DNA from: Candidatus Heimdallarchaeota archaeon
GTDB taxonomy: Archaea; Asgardarchaeota; Heimdallarchaeia; Heimdallarchaeales; Heimdallarchaeaceae
DNA: 53,542 nt
Assembly: GCA_021399395.1 (NCBI GenBank)
Contig: JAAFKJ010000079.1
Span: 1-53,542, forward strand
Direction of reading: 5' to 3'
In this document: piece after piece, positions 41,380 to 50,942 of the stretch
Layout: each line of letters starts with the position of its first letter
Position numbering within the stretch: the first letter of the stretch is position 1
Program-made: the position numbers and the translations under genes
Notes under the pieces: model-generated
Database searches by the model: none
The model's input: only the letters and a program-made list of their open reading frames with translations
What the model was told of the DNA's origin: nothing

Positions 41380-42492
41380 GTGACAAAAAATCAACATAAA
41401 GGAAACCCATTTAGAATTGTCAAGTATGTTCCTTCAGTTGATGAAATAATTTCAGTTGCATTTAAGCAAGCAAAGTCTGTGAGAATGAAAACCTCTAAAC
41501 GCAAATCAAGAGAAGAGAAAATTGCCTCACTCGAAAGAGACCGAATCTCAAAACTTTCAGACGTGATAACCGACAAATTACACGGCATAAGTAAACAATT
41601 TCCTTGGATAGAAGATATACATCCTTTCTATATTGAGCTTTGTGATTTACTGGGAAGTATAGATCAAATCAGGAGAATTCTGGGGAGAGTAGAAGGTATA
41701 GCTAATCAAACTAAAGAAATTGAGAGAGAACAGTTGTCTAAACTAAGATTAACTGACCATCCTTTAGAAATGTCTAAAATCAGAAAAGAAAACAGTGGCA
41801 GAATTGCCTCTTTGGTCAAAAAATCTAGAGGAGATGTTAACTATCTCATAAGAATCATAAAAAAACTGAAAACTATCCCAGATTTTAACGTCACATATCC
41901 TACAATTGTTATTGCAGGAGCACCCAATGTGGGAAAGTCATCTCTTGTAAGAGAAATTTCTTCAGGAAAACCAGAAGTTGGTGAGTATCCATTTACAACA
42001 AAAGAAATTGTTTTTGGTCATAGAGATTTGACTCTTACCAATGTTCAAATTGTAGATACACCAGGTCTATTAGATAGACCATTCAAAGAACGAAATATAA
42101 TAGAAAGACAAAGCATTGCATCAATGAAACATGTTTCAGACATCATTGTATATATCTTTGACATTTCTAAGGATGCAGCAATTACACCCGATGAACAATT
42201 AAGTCTTCTTGAAGATATTGAAAAGGAATTCCCTAATGTCCCAATAATAAGGATTTTGAATAAAACCGACCTATTGTTAGAAGATGAAATTAGTAAAAGT
42301 AGAACAATATTCGAAACTGAATTTCATATATCCACTAAAGATGTAAGCAGTTTGAATTCTTTAATATCTGTTTTAGAAGAGAAAATAATAAACATCGTTA
42401 AAACTGCTGAAAAATTCAAAGAATCACAGAAAATAAAAATATCTGAAGAATTTCTTCCCCCTAACGAGGAAGAAATTAATTATGAATTTTAA
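41380..42492 (+). CDS. Nog1-family GTPase
   Basis: HPFY helical N-domain, GAPNVGKSS, YPFTTK, DTPGLLDRP and NKTD motifs. Confidence 0.93.
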   Translation: MTKNQHKGNPFRIVKYVPSVDEIISVAFKQAKSVRMKTSKRKSREEKIASLERDRISKLSDVITDKLHGISKQFPWIEDIHPFYIELCDLLGSIDQIRRILGRVEGIANQTKEIEREQLSKLRLTDHPLEMSKIRKENSGRIASLVKKSRGDVNYLIRIIKKLKTIPDFNVTYPTIVIAGAPNVGKSSLVREISSGKPEVGEYPFTTKEIVFGHRDLTLTNVQIVDTPGLLDRPFKERNIIERQSIASMKHVSDIIVYIFDISKDAAITPDEQLSLLEDIEKEFPNVPIIRILNKTDLLLEDEISKSRTIFETEFHISTKDVSSLNSLISVLEEKIINIVKTAEKFKESQKIKISEEFLPPNEEEINYEF

Positions 42493-42501
42493 TCTATGTT
42501 G

Positions 42502-43245
42502 TTAAACAAACATTCCCTCATCTGAATCCTTCTCAGAATCTTTTCTGGATCTGCTTGCTTGCAGAAGAGATTCAATTTCCTTTTCTATCTTTTGTGCCTC
42601 ATCAAGCAACTCTTGAACATTGACATCAATATCTAGAATTTTGTTGATTTCTTTTACTGCAATACTTGCTGCAACAGGGTCTGGTCTTGATCTTTCTGCA
42701 TATGGTAAAAGCGCTATTGCCTCAAAATCATTCAATTCATAGAACATTAACATATAGGCTAAAGGACCTGTAACATATAATCCTTCATCAAGAAAGGGTA
42801 TTTCTACATCAGTTCTATTTTCTCTAAAGGCTTGTGTATATATTGCCTTAATCTCCGCTTCATCTTGCAAACGTCTGTCCAATCCACCGATTAGGACGGC
42901 TTGCTTGAATTTTTGGTCTATTGACCATTGAACAACAGACTTTGTAAATATTAGATGTTCAGATTTAATAGGTTCGAAAATCGGTAAAATAACCACCATA
43001 TCATCTCTTCTATAAATTTCAAATGGAAATGTTATTTTGTTGTTCTTTATTGTTATAAATTGTGGAATGTTGCTTGTAATAATGTAACCTATTCTTTCTG
43101 CACCCAATTTGTCTACAAGATGACTCATTGAGATAAAACCACATTCACCAATTCCATGCCAACCATTAAGTAATGTACAACCTTCAAAGTTTTGGGGCTC
43201 CTTAAAAACAAACTCTAGGTCCCCATAAAGATTCTTGTCTTTCAT
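42502..43245 (-). CDS. PAC2-family proteasome assembly chaperone (PbaA/PbaB-like)
   Basis: GWHGIGECG, FPFEIY, IGGL, TGPLAY and PDPVAA motifs. Confidence 0.9.
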   Translation of the reverse strand: MKDKNLYGDLEFVFKEPQNFEGCTLLNGWHGIGECGFISMSHLVDKLGAERIGYIITSNIPQFITIKNNKITFPFEIYRRDDMVVILPIFEPIKSEHLIFTKSVVQWSIDQKFKQAVLIGGLDRRLQDEAEIKAIYTQAFRENRTDVEIPFLDEGLYVTGPLAYMLMFYELNDFEAIALLPYAERSRPDPVAASIAVKEINKILDIDVNVQELLDEAQKIEKEIESLLQASRSRKDSEKDSDEGMFV

Positions 43246-43323
43246 AATTATCTCCTTGATGTAAAATTCCTAACTTGCTTTATAATGACTGACTTACCAT
43301 CTTCATATTAAACTTATGTATAA

Positions 43324-43345
43324 TCTGTTTAAAGTCTGTTTAAAG
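43324..43345 (+). repeat. Tandem 11-bp direct repeat upstream of tnpB
   Basis: TCTGTTTAAAG at 43324-43334 and again at 43335-43345. Confidence 0.7.
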
Positions 43346-43402
43346 GAATAGTGAAAAGAGATATTACGGGGGCTTTTATAGGAAAACCAGAGAAAATTAC
43401 TG

Positions 43403-44677
43403 ATGATAACATCGTTGAGAATAGAGTGCATAGAATTAACCTATACTCCAGCTTTAAGCAAGCTTTGTCATCACGTTAAGAATCTCTACAACCGAGCGAA
43501 TTTTCTGATAAAATCTTCACTCAACAAACAGAACAAGGTGTTAAGTTATTATGAACTGAATAGCTTACTGAGATCTGAAGAATGTTACAGAGTACTACCT
43601 GCTCATACTGCCCAACATACTCTCAAACTCCTATGCAGAAATTGGAAGGCATTTTTTCAAGCTCAAGAGGAGTTTAAGAAGTACCCAGACAAATTCTATT
43701 CTAACCCAAAACCTCCTAAATACAAACCTAAGAAGGGAGAAGGAGTGGCGATTATATCAAACCAGCAAGCAAAGATAAGAAATGGGTGGGTAGTCCTTCC
43801 CAAGAAAGTAGGGTTCTACTACAAAAAACGACTAACTAAGCGTATTGTTTTGAAAGAAGCAAGAATCGTTCCTAGAAACGTAGGTTACACCTTAGAACTT
43901 GTTTATGCGAAAATCCTTCCAAAACGGAGGAAGAAGAACACTAGAAAGGGAGCTATTGATTTAGGATCTGTCAACCTCATGACCTTCGTAGATAACCTCG
44001 GGAATCAGCCGATTGTTGTCAAGGACCACGGCAAAGGTATCAAAAGTATTATCCAGTATTATATGAAAAAACAAACTCAGTTAAGAGCAAGGTATGTCCA
44101 ACAGCAAAAAAAGAATTTGAAGCAACAACAGAAATTGGTTTATGGGAAGGGCTACTATAAACTTAGTGAGCGGTACCGTAAGAAACTCAAGAACGCTATT
44201 CATCATCTTACCAAATATTTAGTAGACTTGTTCGTCGAACGAGACTTACATGAAGTAGTTATAGGTTACAACCCCAAGTGGAAACAACACGTAAGATTGG
44301 GGAAGAAGAACACACAGATGTTTGTTACTATTCCCTTTCTTAAAATTATCAATCAATTGAAGTATAAAGCTGAAGAACAAGGGATTGATGTAGAGACTAT
44401 ACCTGAGAACTATACATCTAAGAGTAGTTTTCTTGATAATGAAATGTCACAAAAACGAGACAAATATATTGGTAAACGCTCCTCTCGAGGATTGTTCACT
44501 TCTGCTCAAGGACACAAGATCAATGCAGATGTGAATGCAGCATATAATATCTTAATCAAAAGCGATCCGAAAGCCATACCTAAGCGTACGGTGAACGGGG
44601 TAGGAGGGTACGTGATGTACCCACGTAGGGTGTGTGTGGACCCACCAAGAATGATATGCACATCGACTATGAAATAG
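43403..44677 (+). mobile_element. tnpB: TnpB RNA-guided nuclease of an IS200/IS605/IS607-related element, with no tnpA in the window
   Basis: KNLYNRAN, AIDLGSVN (RuvC I), QLKYKAEEQGI, ENYTSK and INADVNAAYNI (RuvC III). Confidence 0.92.
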
Positions 44678-44760
44678 GCTCAACTATGTTCGGCTAAGAT
44701 GCCAGTATGACAAAAACACATCATAATGACTAATTTTTGTACACTTTGAATCAAATATAC
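44580..44760 (+). ncRNA. Putative omegaRNA/right-end region of the TnpB element
   Basis: GC-rich segment overlapping the tnpB 3' end, with hairpin GGGTAC-GTGAT-GTACCC. The position is as expected for TnpB omegaRNAs; boundaries are uncertain. Confidence 0.45.
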
Positions 44761-44818
44761 GTCCTATTATTTGGAAAAATAAGACGAAATTTTTCCTCCA
44801 GCTTGGTTTCCAAACTAA
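44752..44818 (+). pseudogene. Degenerate copy of the PPAW micropeptide gene
   Basis: CAAATATACGTCC...GAC GAA ATT TTT CCT CCA GCT TGG TTT CCA AAC TAA reads QIY/.../DEIFPPAWFPN*, with a frame offset and an in-frame TAA. A T-tract follows. Confidence 0.55.
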
Positions 44819-44920
44819 ATCTACTCTTTTTCTTTTTTCTTTCTTGTCACATTCTTTCTTGAGGTGTTTTAATAGTTTCCTTGCACTATTAAGGTAACCC
44901 TTTCCTACGAGTGATTTATA

Positions 44921-44989
44921 ATGTATAACAAAATATACGACCCTGATGAAGGTGACGATGGTATCCTCCCCCCAGCTTGGCTCCCTTAG
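44921..44989 (+). CDS. 22-aa micropeptide MYNKIYDPDEGDDGILPPAWLP
   Basis: The ATG is preceded by SD-like GAGTGA with a 6-nt spacer and the ORF is followed by a pyrimidine/T tract. The C-terminal half is conserved in the adjacent degenerate copy. Confidence 0.6.
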   Translation: MYNKIYDPDEGDDGILPPAWLP

Positions 44990-45113
44990 TAAAAGAGAGC
45001 TATCTTCTTCTTTATTTTTCTTCCAATTCTAAACTAGATATTTCCCTAGTTTATATATGAAAGTAAGCATTATAGTTTGAATAAATCTCTAAGATTTATC
45101 AAGGCTGAGTTAT

Positions 45114-46694
45114 ATGAGACCAATAGAGATAAGGAAGAAACTATCTGTTTTAAATTCCAAAGATGAATTGAGAGAAATAATATCTCAGTTAAAAATTGTT
45201 GCTTCAAATAGAAGATCTGATGAAAATATAATCCATATAATCGAAGACAGTATTGGTGTAGCAACAGAGATTAAGGATTTTGAATCTCTAGTCATTCTAA
45301 AAGGTCTTCTAATCCTTCAATACATTCAACAATCGACTAATATGGAAAAATCTATCCGAATTCTTGAGAAAATGCAATCTTTAGCAACTAAAATAGATTA
45401 TAAAGAAGGATTAGCGTTTTCCTTTTCTTTTGCTTGGTATATAGCACGAATTAGAGGAAATAAAGAAGAGAGAAGAGAGTCTATTATTAGTGCTGTAACG
45501 TTATTAGATGAAGTTAACCAACCAAATCAGTTTATCTACTATTTTGTAAAGTACACTCAAGCATTAGAAATGTGGTTTGTATCAAGAGATATTAGATGTG
45601 TAGACATCTTAGAAAATTGTATTGTCTATTTTTCTGAAAAAAGACTTTACCATAGTCTCGTAATGTCACTTGGTATTCTAAGCTTGATTTTTCAGCAAAC
45701 TCAAAACAAAGAGAAAGCTATAAATTTAACAAAAACAATTCTTATGAGAAGAAACTTTCTTAATCAAGTACCTGAGGAAATCAGATCTAATATTCACTTC
45801 TTTATTGGTTTTAGTCAAGAATTATCATTTAGCCTCAATGTGGCAGAGAAGCATCTAAAGGAAGCAATAAGGATACTACAACCTATCTATGAAACCAGTA
45901 TTTACTCCAGTTACTATTTGACTGCTCTTTCCTATCTTACTGCAACCTATGCACTTCAAGGAAAGCTAGAATTAGCTTACAATCAGATAATAGAAGTAGA
46001 TGAACTGATAGAAGAAGGAATAGCAACAAGAAATCTAGATGACTTTAATAGAGGGCAGATGAAACATATCTTTGACTTAACAAAATTCTATATCCTTTCA
46101 AGATTACGAAATTTTGCACCCAAAAATTTGTATGAATTAAAACAAAAAATCCTTGAGAATATAAGCAAATATTATAGCAACGCAATCTTTTTCAGTGAAT
46201 TTCTCTTAAATGCTGAATTAACAAAAGAGCAACTTATAGAAATAAAGGATTTAAAAACCCCAAGTACTAAGAGGATTGAGCACATACTTAATTTCCTAAT
46301 AGAAAGAGCTATTATAACTAATGAGCAAGATTTAATAAATTCAATTTTTGAATTGAAGAGAAGACCTGCGAAAAAGCGAATGACTTATGAGGAAAAAGCT
46401 TTTGCTGATTTGTTAGCTGCACAGGAATATTACAAAATCAGACGCTTCTCCGAAATCTATCCTCTTCTCAAGAAGTATAAAAATAATCTAAATCGAATTG
46501 AGGTGCTTGAACTCCGTATCTTTATGGAAGCATTTATCCAAATTAGTGCCTTCAAGAACGGTGATCCTATGGGACTTGCTTTACAATATGTGGCTATCAG
46601 AAAATGCCAACAGTATGGTTTCAGTGGGTTAGAAAACAAATTGTTAAGCTACTTAGAACTTCAACGCAAGGATGTTGTTAAAGCTTTATTCTAA
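45114..46694 (+). CDS. TPR-like all-helical protein
   Basis: Repeated TPR-like helix pairs, e.g. LNVAEKHLKEAIRIL and LTATYALQGKLELAYNQI. No signal peptide or catalytic motif recognised. Confidence 0.75.
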   Translation: MRPIEIRKKLSVLNSKDELREIISQLKIVASNRRSDENIIHIIEDSIGVATEIKDFESLVILKGLLILQYIQQSTNMEKSIRILEKMQSLATKIDYKEGLAFSFSFAWYIARIRGNKEERRESIISAVTLLDEVNQPNQFIYYFVKYTQALEMWFVSRDIRCVDILENCIVYFSEKRLYHSLVMSLGILSLIFQQTQNKEKAINLTKTILMRRNFLNQVPEEIRSNIHFFIGFSQELSFSLNVAEKHLKEAIRILQPIYETSIYSSYYLTALSYLTATYALQGKLELAYNQIIEVDELIEEGIATRNLDDFNRGQMKHIFDLTKFYILSRLRNFAPKNLYELKQKILENISKYYSNAIFFSEFLLNAELTKEQLIEIKDLKTPSTKRIEHILNFLIERAIITNEQDLINSIFELKRRPAKKRMTYEEKAFADLLAAQEYYKIRRFSEIYPLLKKYKNNLNRIEVLELRIFMEAFIQISAFKNGDPMGLALQYVAIRKCQQYGFSGLENKLLSYLELQRKDVVKALF

Positions 46695-46753
46695 ACCAAG
46701 AGACAACAAGATGAATTTCTGCTCTTACAGCGAAGCGAGAACAATAGATTTCC

Positions 46754-46788
46754 ATCTTACCACTTAATCAAAAATTACGTGGTAAGAT
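46754..46788. repeat. Perfect 10-bp inverted repeat with 15-nt spacer, same arms as 15709-15752
   Basis: ATCTTACCAC (46754-46763) and GTGGTAAGAT (46779-46788). Confidence 0.88.
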
Positions 46789-46927
46789 AAATTTTCGAGA
46801 AATTTGTGTACTGCAAAATCTGAATCATAAAATTCATTTTATCAGACTAATTATGCATAACATATATAGTGATTTGCGCTTAGAAAAATCTCGAATAAAA
46901 ATAAAAAAAGAAATAAAGTGGGTAAAA

Positions 46928-47662
46928 CTACTTTTTACCTCTTCTTCTACCACTTCTTCTAGCCGCAATCAAACCAACCTTTCTACCAGGTTGTGCATGC
47001 CTTGATACTGTTGTTGATCTTGGAGGACCTTGATGTGCACCACCACCATGTGGATGGGAAACCGCATTCATCGCTACACCTCTAACCTTTGGATAGTAAT
47101 GTCCTTTGGCTTTCTTTAGATGGAATTTATTACCAGCCTTTACAAAAGGCTTTTCTGTTCTTCCACCACCAGCAACAATACCAATAGTTGCCCTACATCT
47201 TTGTGGAATTTCTTTCATTTCTCCACTTGGAAGCTGTAGAGTAACTTTTCCTTTGTCTCTACCAAGAATTGTTGCATATCCGCCACTAGAGCGTATTAAT
47301 CTTCCTCCATCTCCGGGTGTTAATTCTATGTTAAAAACAGGAGAACCATCTGGAATTGATTGTAAAGGCATGGTGTTACCTAATTGAACTGCTGCTGTAG
47401 CGCCATATTCAACTTTTTGCCCTACTCGCAAGCCTTCTGAAGGTAGAATAATTTTCTTAAGACCATCTTCAAATAAGACTCGAGCTACAGGAGCACCTCT
47501 ACCGGGATCGTGTACTAAATCTCTAATTTCACCTGTAATGGTTCCTGTATATTCCAGCTTCGCTAGTTTTCTATATTTAACACTACCTTTTTTCTTGTGT
47601 GAAGCGGCTCTAAATTGTGAAGTTCCTCTTCCGCGTCTTTGAACTAATATCTTCTTACCCAT
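46928..47662 (-). CDS. rpl2: 50S ribosomal protein L2 (uL2)
   Basis: HDPGRGAP and VRGVAMNAVSHPHGGG motifs. Confidence 0.99.
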   Translation of the reverse strand: MGKKILVQRRGRGTSQFRAASHKKKGSVKYRKLAKLEYTGTITGEIRDLVHDPGRGAPVARVLFEDGLKKIILPSEGLRVGQKVEYGATAAVQLGNTMPLQSIPDGSPVFNIELTPGDGGRLIRSSGGYATILGRDKGKVTLQLPSGEMKEIPQRCRATIGIVAGGGRTEKPFVKAGNKFHLKKAKGHYYPKVRGVAMNAVSHPHGGGAHQGPPRSTTVSRHAQPGRKVGLIAARRSGRRRGKK

Positions 47663-47676
47663 TCATATCACCTTCT

Positions 47677-47937
47677 TTAGAACAAGCCCATCCTTGATGC
47701 AATATCTGCTGCATCATCAAAATCACTAAGTCGCACGTATGCTTTCTTAGTTCCTTTTGGAGTTATCAGAGTATTAACACTATCAACTTTAACGCTGTAA
47801 AGTTTCTCTATTGCTTCTTTGATTTGCTGCTTAGTTGCTTTGAGATCGACTAATATTACAAGTTTATTTTCCTGTTCTATTAACTCAAAATCTTTTTCAG
47901 ATATGAGAGGTTTCTTGATTATTTTATATGGATCCAT
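47677..47937 (-). CDS. rpl23: 50S ribosomal protein L23 (uL23)
   Basis: VNTLITPKGTKKAYVRL motif. Confidence 0.98.
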   Translation of the reverse strand: MDPYKIIKKPLISEKDFELIEQENKLVILVDLKATKQQIKEAIEKLYSVKVDSVNTLITPKGTKKAYVRLSDFDDAADIASRMGLF

Positions 47938-47944
47938 TTTTTAT

Positions 47945-48736
47945 TCACCCAAAACGTTCAGTTAGAGATTGTATCGCATCCTCTGTCCAGATAGTAAGTC
48001 TGCCTGGATAAGTTCCTGGTGCTAAAATCTCGGTAGTAAGCTCATTGATTGTTATAACTTCTGTACCTAGAATGTTCCTTCCTGCTTTAATTAGGGAGCT
48101 TTCTTTATCCTTTACTACAATTAAAGGTCCTACTGGAACTTTGTATTTGCGTCCCCTCATTTTACCTTTGCCTGCACGAACTTTCTTACCTATTTTTATT
48201 CGCATAAGTTCTAAAGATAGTCCTAGATTGTTTAGCAATTGGATAGCATCACTAGTTTTTTCAATGGTTTCAGCTTTAGATTCAATGATAATTGGAAACT
48301 CCATTTTACTCTCAAATCTATGTCCTCTGTCACTTACGGCATCTTTCTTAGATGTATAAGCAATTGCAGATTTTAAAGCGAGTAAATGTTCCTTTCTGTT
48401 AATCTTCTCTATTATGTTCTTCTCAGCTGTTGGTGGATGTGCTTTGTGACCACCTCTAGCTTGTGGAATGAACGCTGTTCTTTGAGCACTGTGTGTTCGA
48501 GATCCCTTTATACGAGGAACACGTGCTACACCTCTACCAGTACCCCAATTTTCAACAGCAACCATTTTACCTGCTAATGGACTTACGCCTTTTGGTTGTC
48601 TCTTCCAACTTTGTTCAGCAAGAACAGCCCTCTTAATAACATCAGGACGCAAGGTTGATTCGAAAACATTTGGAAGTTCAACTTTTTCACTCATTTTTTG
48701 TCCTTTGATTGAGTATTTTGTTACATTCATTTTCAT
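47945..48736 (-). CDS. rpl4: 50S ribosomal protein L4 (uL4)
   Basis: WGTGRGVARVPR, RAGKGKMRGR and LAPGTYPGRLTIW motifs. Confidence 0.98.
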   Translation of the reverse strand: MKMNVTKYSIKGQKMSEKVELPNVFESTLRPDVIKRAVLAEQSWKRQPKGVSPLAGKMVAVENWGTGRGVARVPRIKGSRTHSAQRTAFIPQARGGHKAHPPTAEKNIIEKINRKEHLLALKSAIAYTSKKDAVSDRGHRFESKMEFPIIIESKAETIEKTSDAIQLLNNLGLSLELMRIKIGKKVRAGKGKMRGRKYKVPVGPLIVVKDKESSLIKAGRNILGTEVITINELTTEILAPGTYPGRLTIWTEDAIQSLTERFG

Positions 48737-48746
48737 CTACCTCTTT

Positions 48747-49748
48747 CTAACCTTGCTGACTCTTCGTTGAGATGAAGAGAATTTGTGGCTCTTTTATCGC
48801 TTGAGGAACTTGTCTAACAGGTCCTCTTAGCATGACTGTTCGCTTTTTGGATCCTGGAATTGATCCTTTAACCAACAGATAGTTATTTTTCACTATACCA
48901 TATTTTACAAAACCACCTTTAGGAACAATTTGTGCTCCATCTGAACCAATTTGCATAATCCTTTTATTATAATCTGTTCGCATATGGAAACCCATTTGAC
49001 CATATCTTGGTATGGTCCACATAGTTCTTGCAGGAGTCCATGGTCCTATAGAACCTACTCCTCGTTTAGTTCCTTTAGATTTGTGTTGGAGAATTTTAAC
49101 TCCATGTCTTTTAACTGGTCCTTGGAAACCTTTACCTTTGGTTACACCCATTGCATCAACAAATTCTCCTGCTTTGAAAACATCTCTTATCAACAGTTCT
49201 TTACCTAATAGAGAAAGACCATATTCATATCCTTCTTTAATAGAGTTACAGCCGATTTTGATTTCAGCAATTTGAGGTGTCTTCATCCCAATCCCAGTTA
49301 AATATGGTTGTGTATGAACAACAGCTCTGAGTTCCACAATAGCTTCAAGATTATCGTCAAATTTCTTTTTAGATTTCTTAAAGTCATAGTTCTTTGGAAG
49401 CTTAATCTTTCTTTTGAGTTCTTCTTTAGTTTCAGATGCCATAAGATCTGCTGCAATCTGAAGCCCATAAGCTGTTTTCTTGTAACCTCTTAGACTAAAT
49501 ATAACTATTGGAGGTGTTTCAATACAAGTTACAGCTGTAGTAACCTCTCTATTCGCCAAGTGACTCCTTGGTCGATCCTCAATGTACGCACAGTGTGTCA
49601 TCCCTGCTTTTATTCCCAGAAATCCTAACAATTTCGGAGCACCCTCGTATTGTTGCCAATCGCGAGGTGCGGGGACGATCCTTCTTGCTCTTACCCTTCG
49701 GTATCCGAGTGATGACCGATGGGGAGCACTGACCCTTCGATGCCCCAT
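48747..49748 (-). CDS. rpl3: 50S ribosomal protein L3 (uL3)
   Basis: KAGMTH, TKGKGFQGPVKR and GQMGFHMRTDYNKR motifs. Confidence 0.98.
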   Translation of the reverse strand: MGHRRVSAPHRSSLGYRRVRARRIVPAPRDWQQYEGAPKLLGFLGIKAGMTHCAYIEDRPRSHLANREVTTAVTCIETPPIVIFSLRGYKKTAYGLQIAADLMASETKEELKRKIKLPKNYDFKKSKKKFDDNLEAIVELRAVVHTQPYLTGIGMKTPQIAEIKIGCNSIKEGYEYGLSLLGKELLIRDVFKAGEFVDAMGVTKGKGFQGPVKRHGVKILQHKSKGTKRGVGSIGPWTPARTMWTIPRYGQMGFHMRTDYNKRIMQIGSDGAQIVPKGGFVKYGIVKNNYLLVKGSIPGSKKRTVMLRGPVRQVPQAIKEPQILFISTKSQQG

Positions 49749-49878
49749 AAACATCACATTTGTTTATTTTAGTTTATTATGACACTTTTATACATATGTC
49801 GTACTTCGGCACAGGTAGCATCATATAAATATGTCGTTAAGAAAGAACTTCAGACAAAATTACCCATTAAAAGTAGTT

Positions 49879-50910
49879 TTAACTCACAATGATTCTGAAA
49901 CAATTTTCTTCCTTTTCGTAACTGACATTTCGTTTCATAAATCTACGAACCAATTCAATATTAGTCCTTGTATGATTTGTTATTTCAGTTGTTGTAATCT
50001 CAGATTTACCTTCAGTTAAAGCCATTGGAACAATCAATTGATCAGCTGCATAAGCGTCGATTGAAGCAGAACTATTAGAGTTCTTTTTCCAAAGTAAAGC
50101 ACACATTTCACCTATTTTTTCTGAAGATAATTTTCTTTCTCCTGGAACAAAACATCCCATTCGAGTTCCTGAAGAGTAATGATCTACAACAGTTAAACCA
50201 GTACCAGCTGACAAACTATCCACATATTGAATATGCTCAATCACATCAACTCTAGAATTTACTCCCTTACGGAATGATGTTATTTGACGTTCAGCTACGT
50301 TTCTTTCGGCTAAGCTTTTTGAGGTTGTAGAATAAATCTCAATCTTCTCAAGTTCTCCTCTGTCAACCATAGTAAGCGGTACTAGACAATCGTGAGAACT
50401 GAAATTAATACTCACTTCAGCTCCACCTCTTGGAAAGAAACCATATCTAGATGGTGAAACGGTGATATTCTTGTTCATTTTTCCAACAATTTCATTTGTT
50501 ACATGCCGAATATACTCAATTGAGGGTGCCCATTTACCATGAGTTGCACCACCTTTGATAATTAACTCAAGATCTCTCTTTTGCGAAAAGGAATAGAACA
50601 TAACAGCTTGAGCAACTAAACCAATACTACCTGCCGTTCCTATGTTAACATAAGCAACATCATTTTCATTATTTTCTTTTGTAAGAGCTAATTGAGATTT
50701 ACCTACCTGTAAATCTTGGGATGTCATGCCTGAGAATTGTTTTATTGCACTTATTGCTTCAATATGCTGAGCTCTAAGTCCAGGTTTAGTCCTATTTGCC
50801 CGGATATTGAATAGTTTGATGTCATTATTTTGACCAGCAGCTAAAGCTACTGATACTCTGACTACTGACCCTCCTCCTTCACCCATAGAACAATCTAATT
50901 CAACAGTCAT
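49879..50910 (-). CDS. rtcA: RNA 3'-terminal phosphate cyclase
   Basis: GEGGG, RTKPGLRAQH, GFFPRGG, ADQL, and a catalytic His in TNHTRTN. Confidence 0.92.
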   Translation of the reverse strand: MTVELDCSMGEGGGSVVRVSVALAAGQNNDIKLFNIRANRTKPGLRAQHIEAISAIKQFSGMTSQDLQVGKSQLALTKENNENDVAYVNIGTAGSIGLVAQAVMFYSFSQKRDLELIIKGGATHGKWAPSIEYIRHVTNEIVGKMNKNITVSPSRYGFFPRGGAEVSINFSSHDCLVPLTMVDRGELEKIEIYSTTSKSLAERNVAERQITSFRKGVNSRVDVIEHIQYVDSLSAGTGLTVVDHYSSGTRMGCFVPGERKLSSEKIGEMCALLWKKNSNSSASIDAYAADQLIVPMALTEGKSEITTTEITNHTRTNIELVRRFMKRNVSYEKEENCFRIIVS

Positions 50911-50942
50911 TTAATTAAAAATAAAGTAAAGAAATAAAATAG

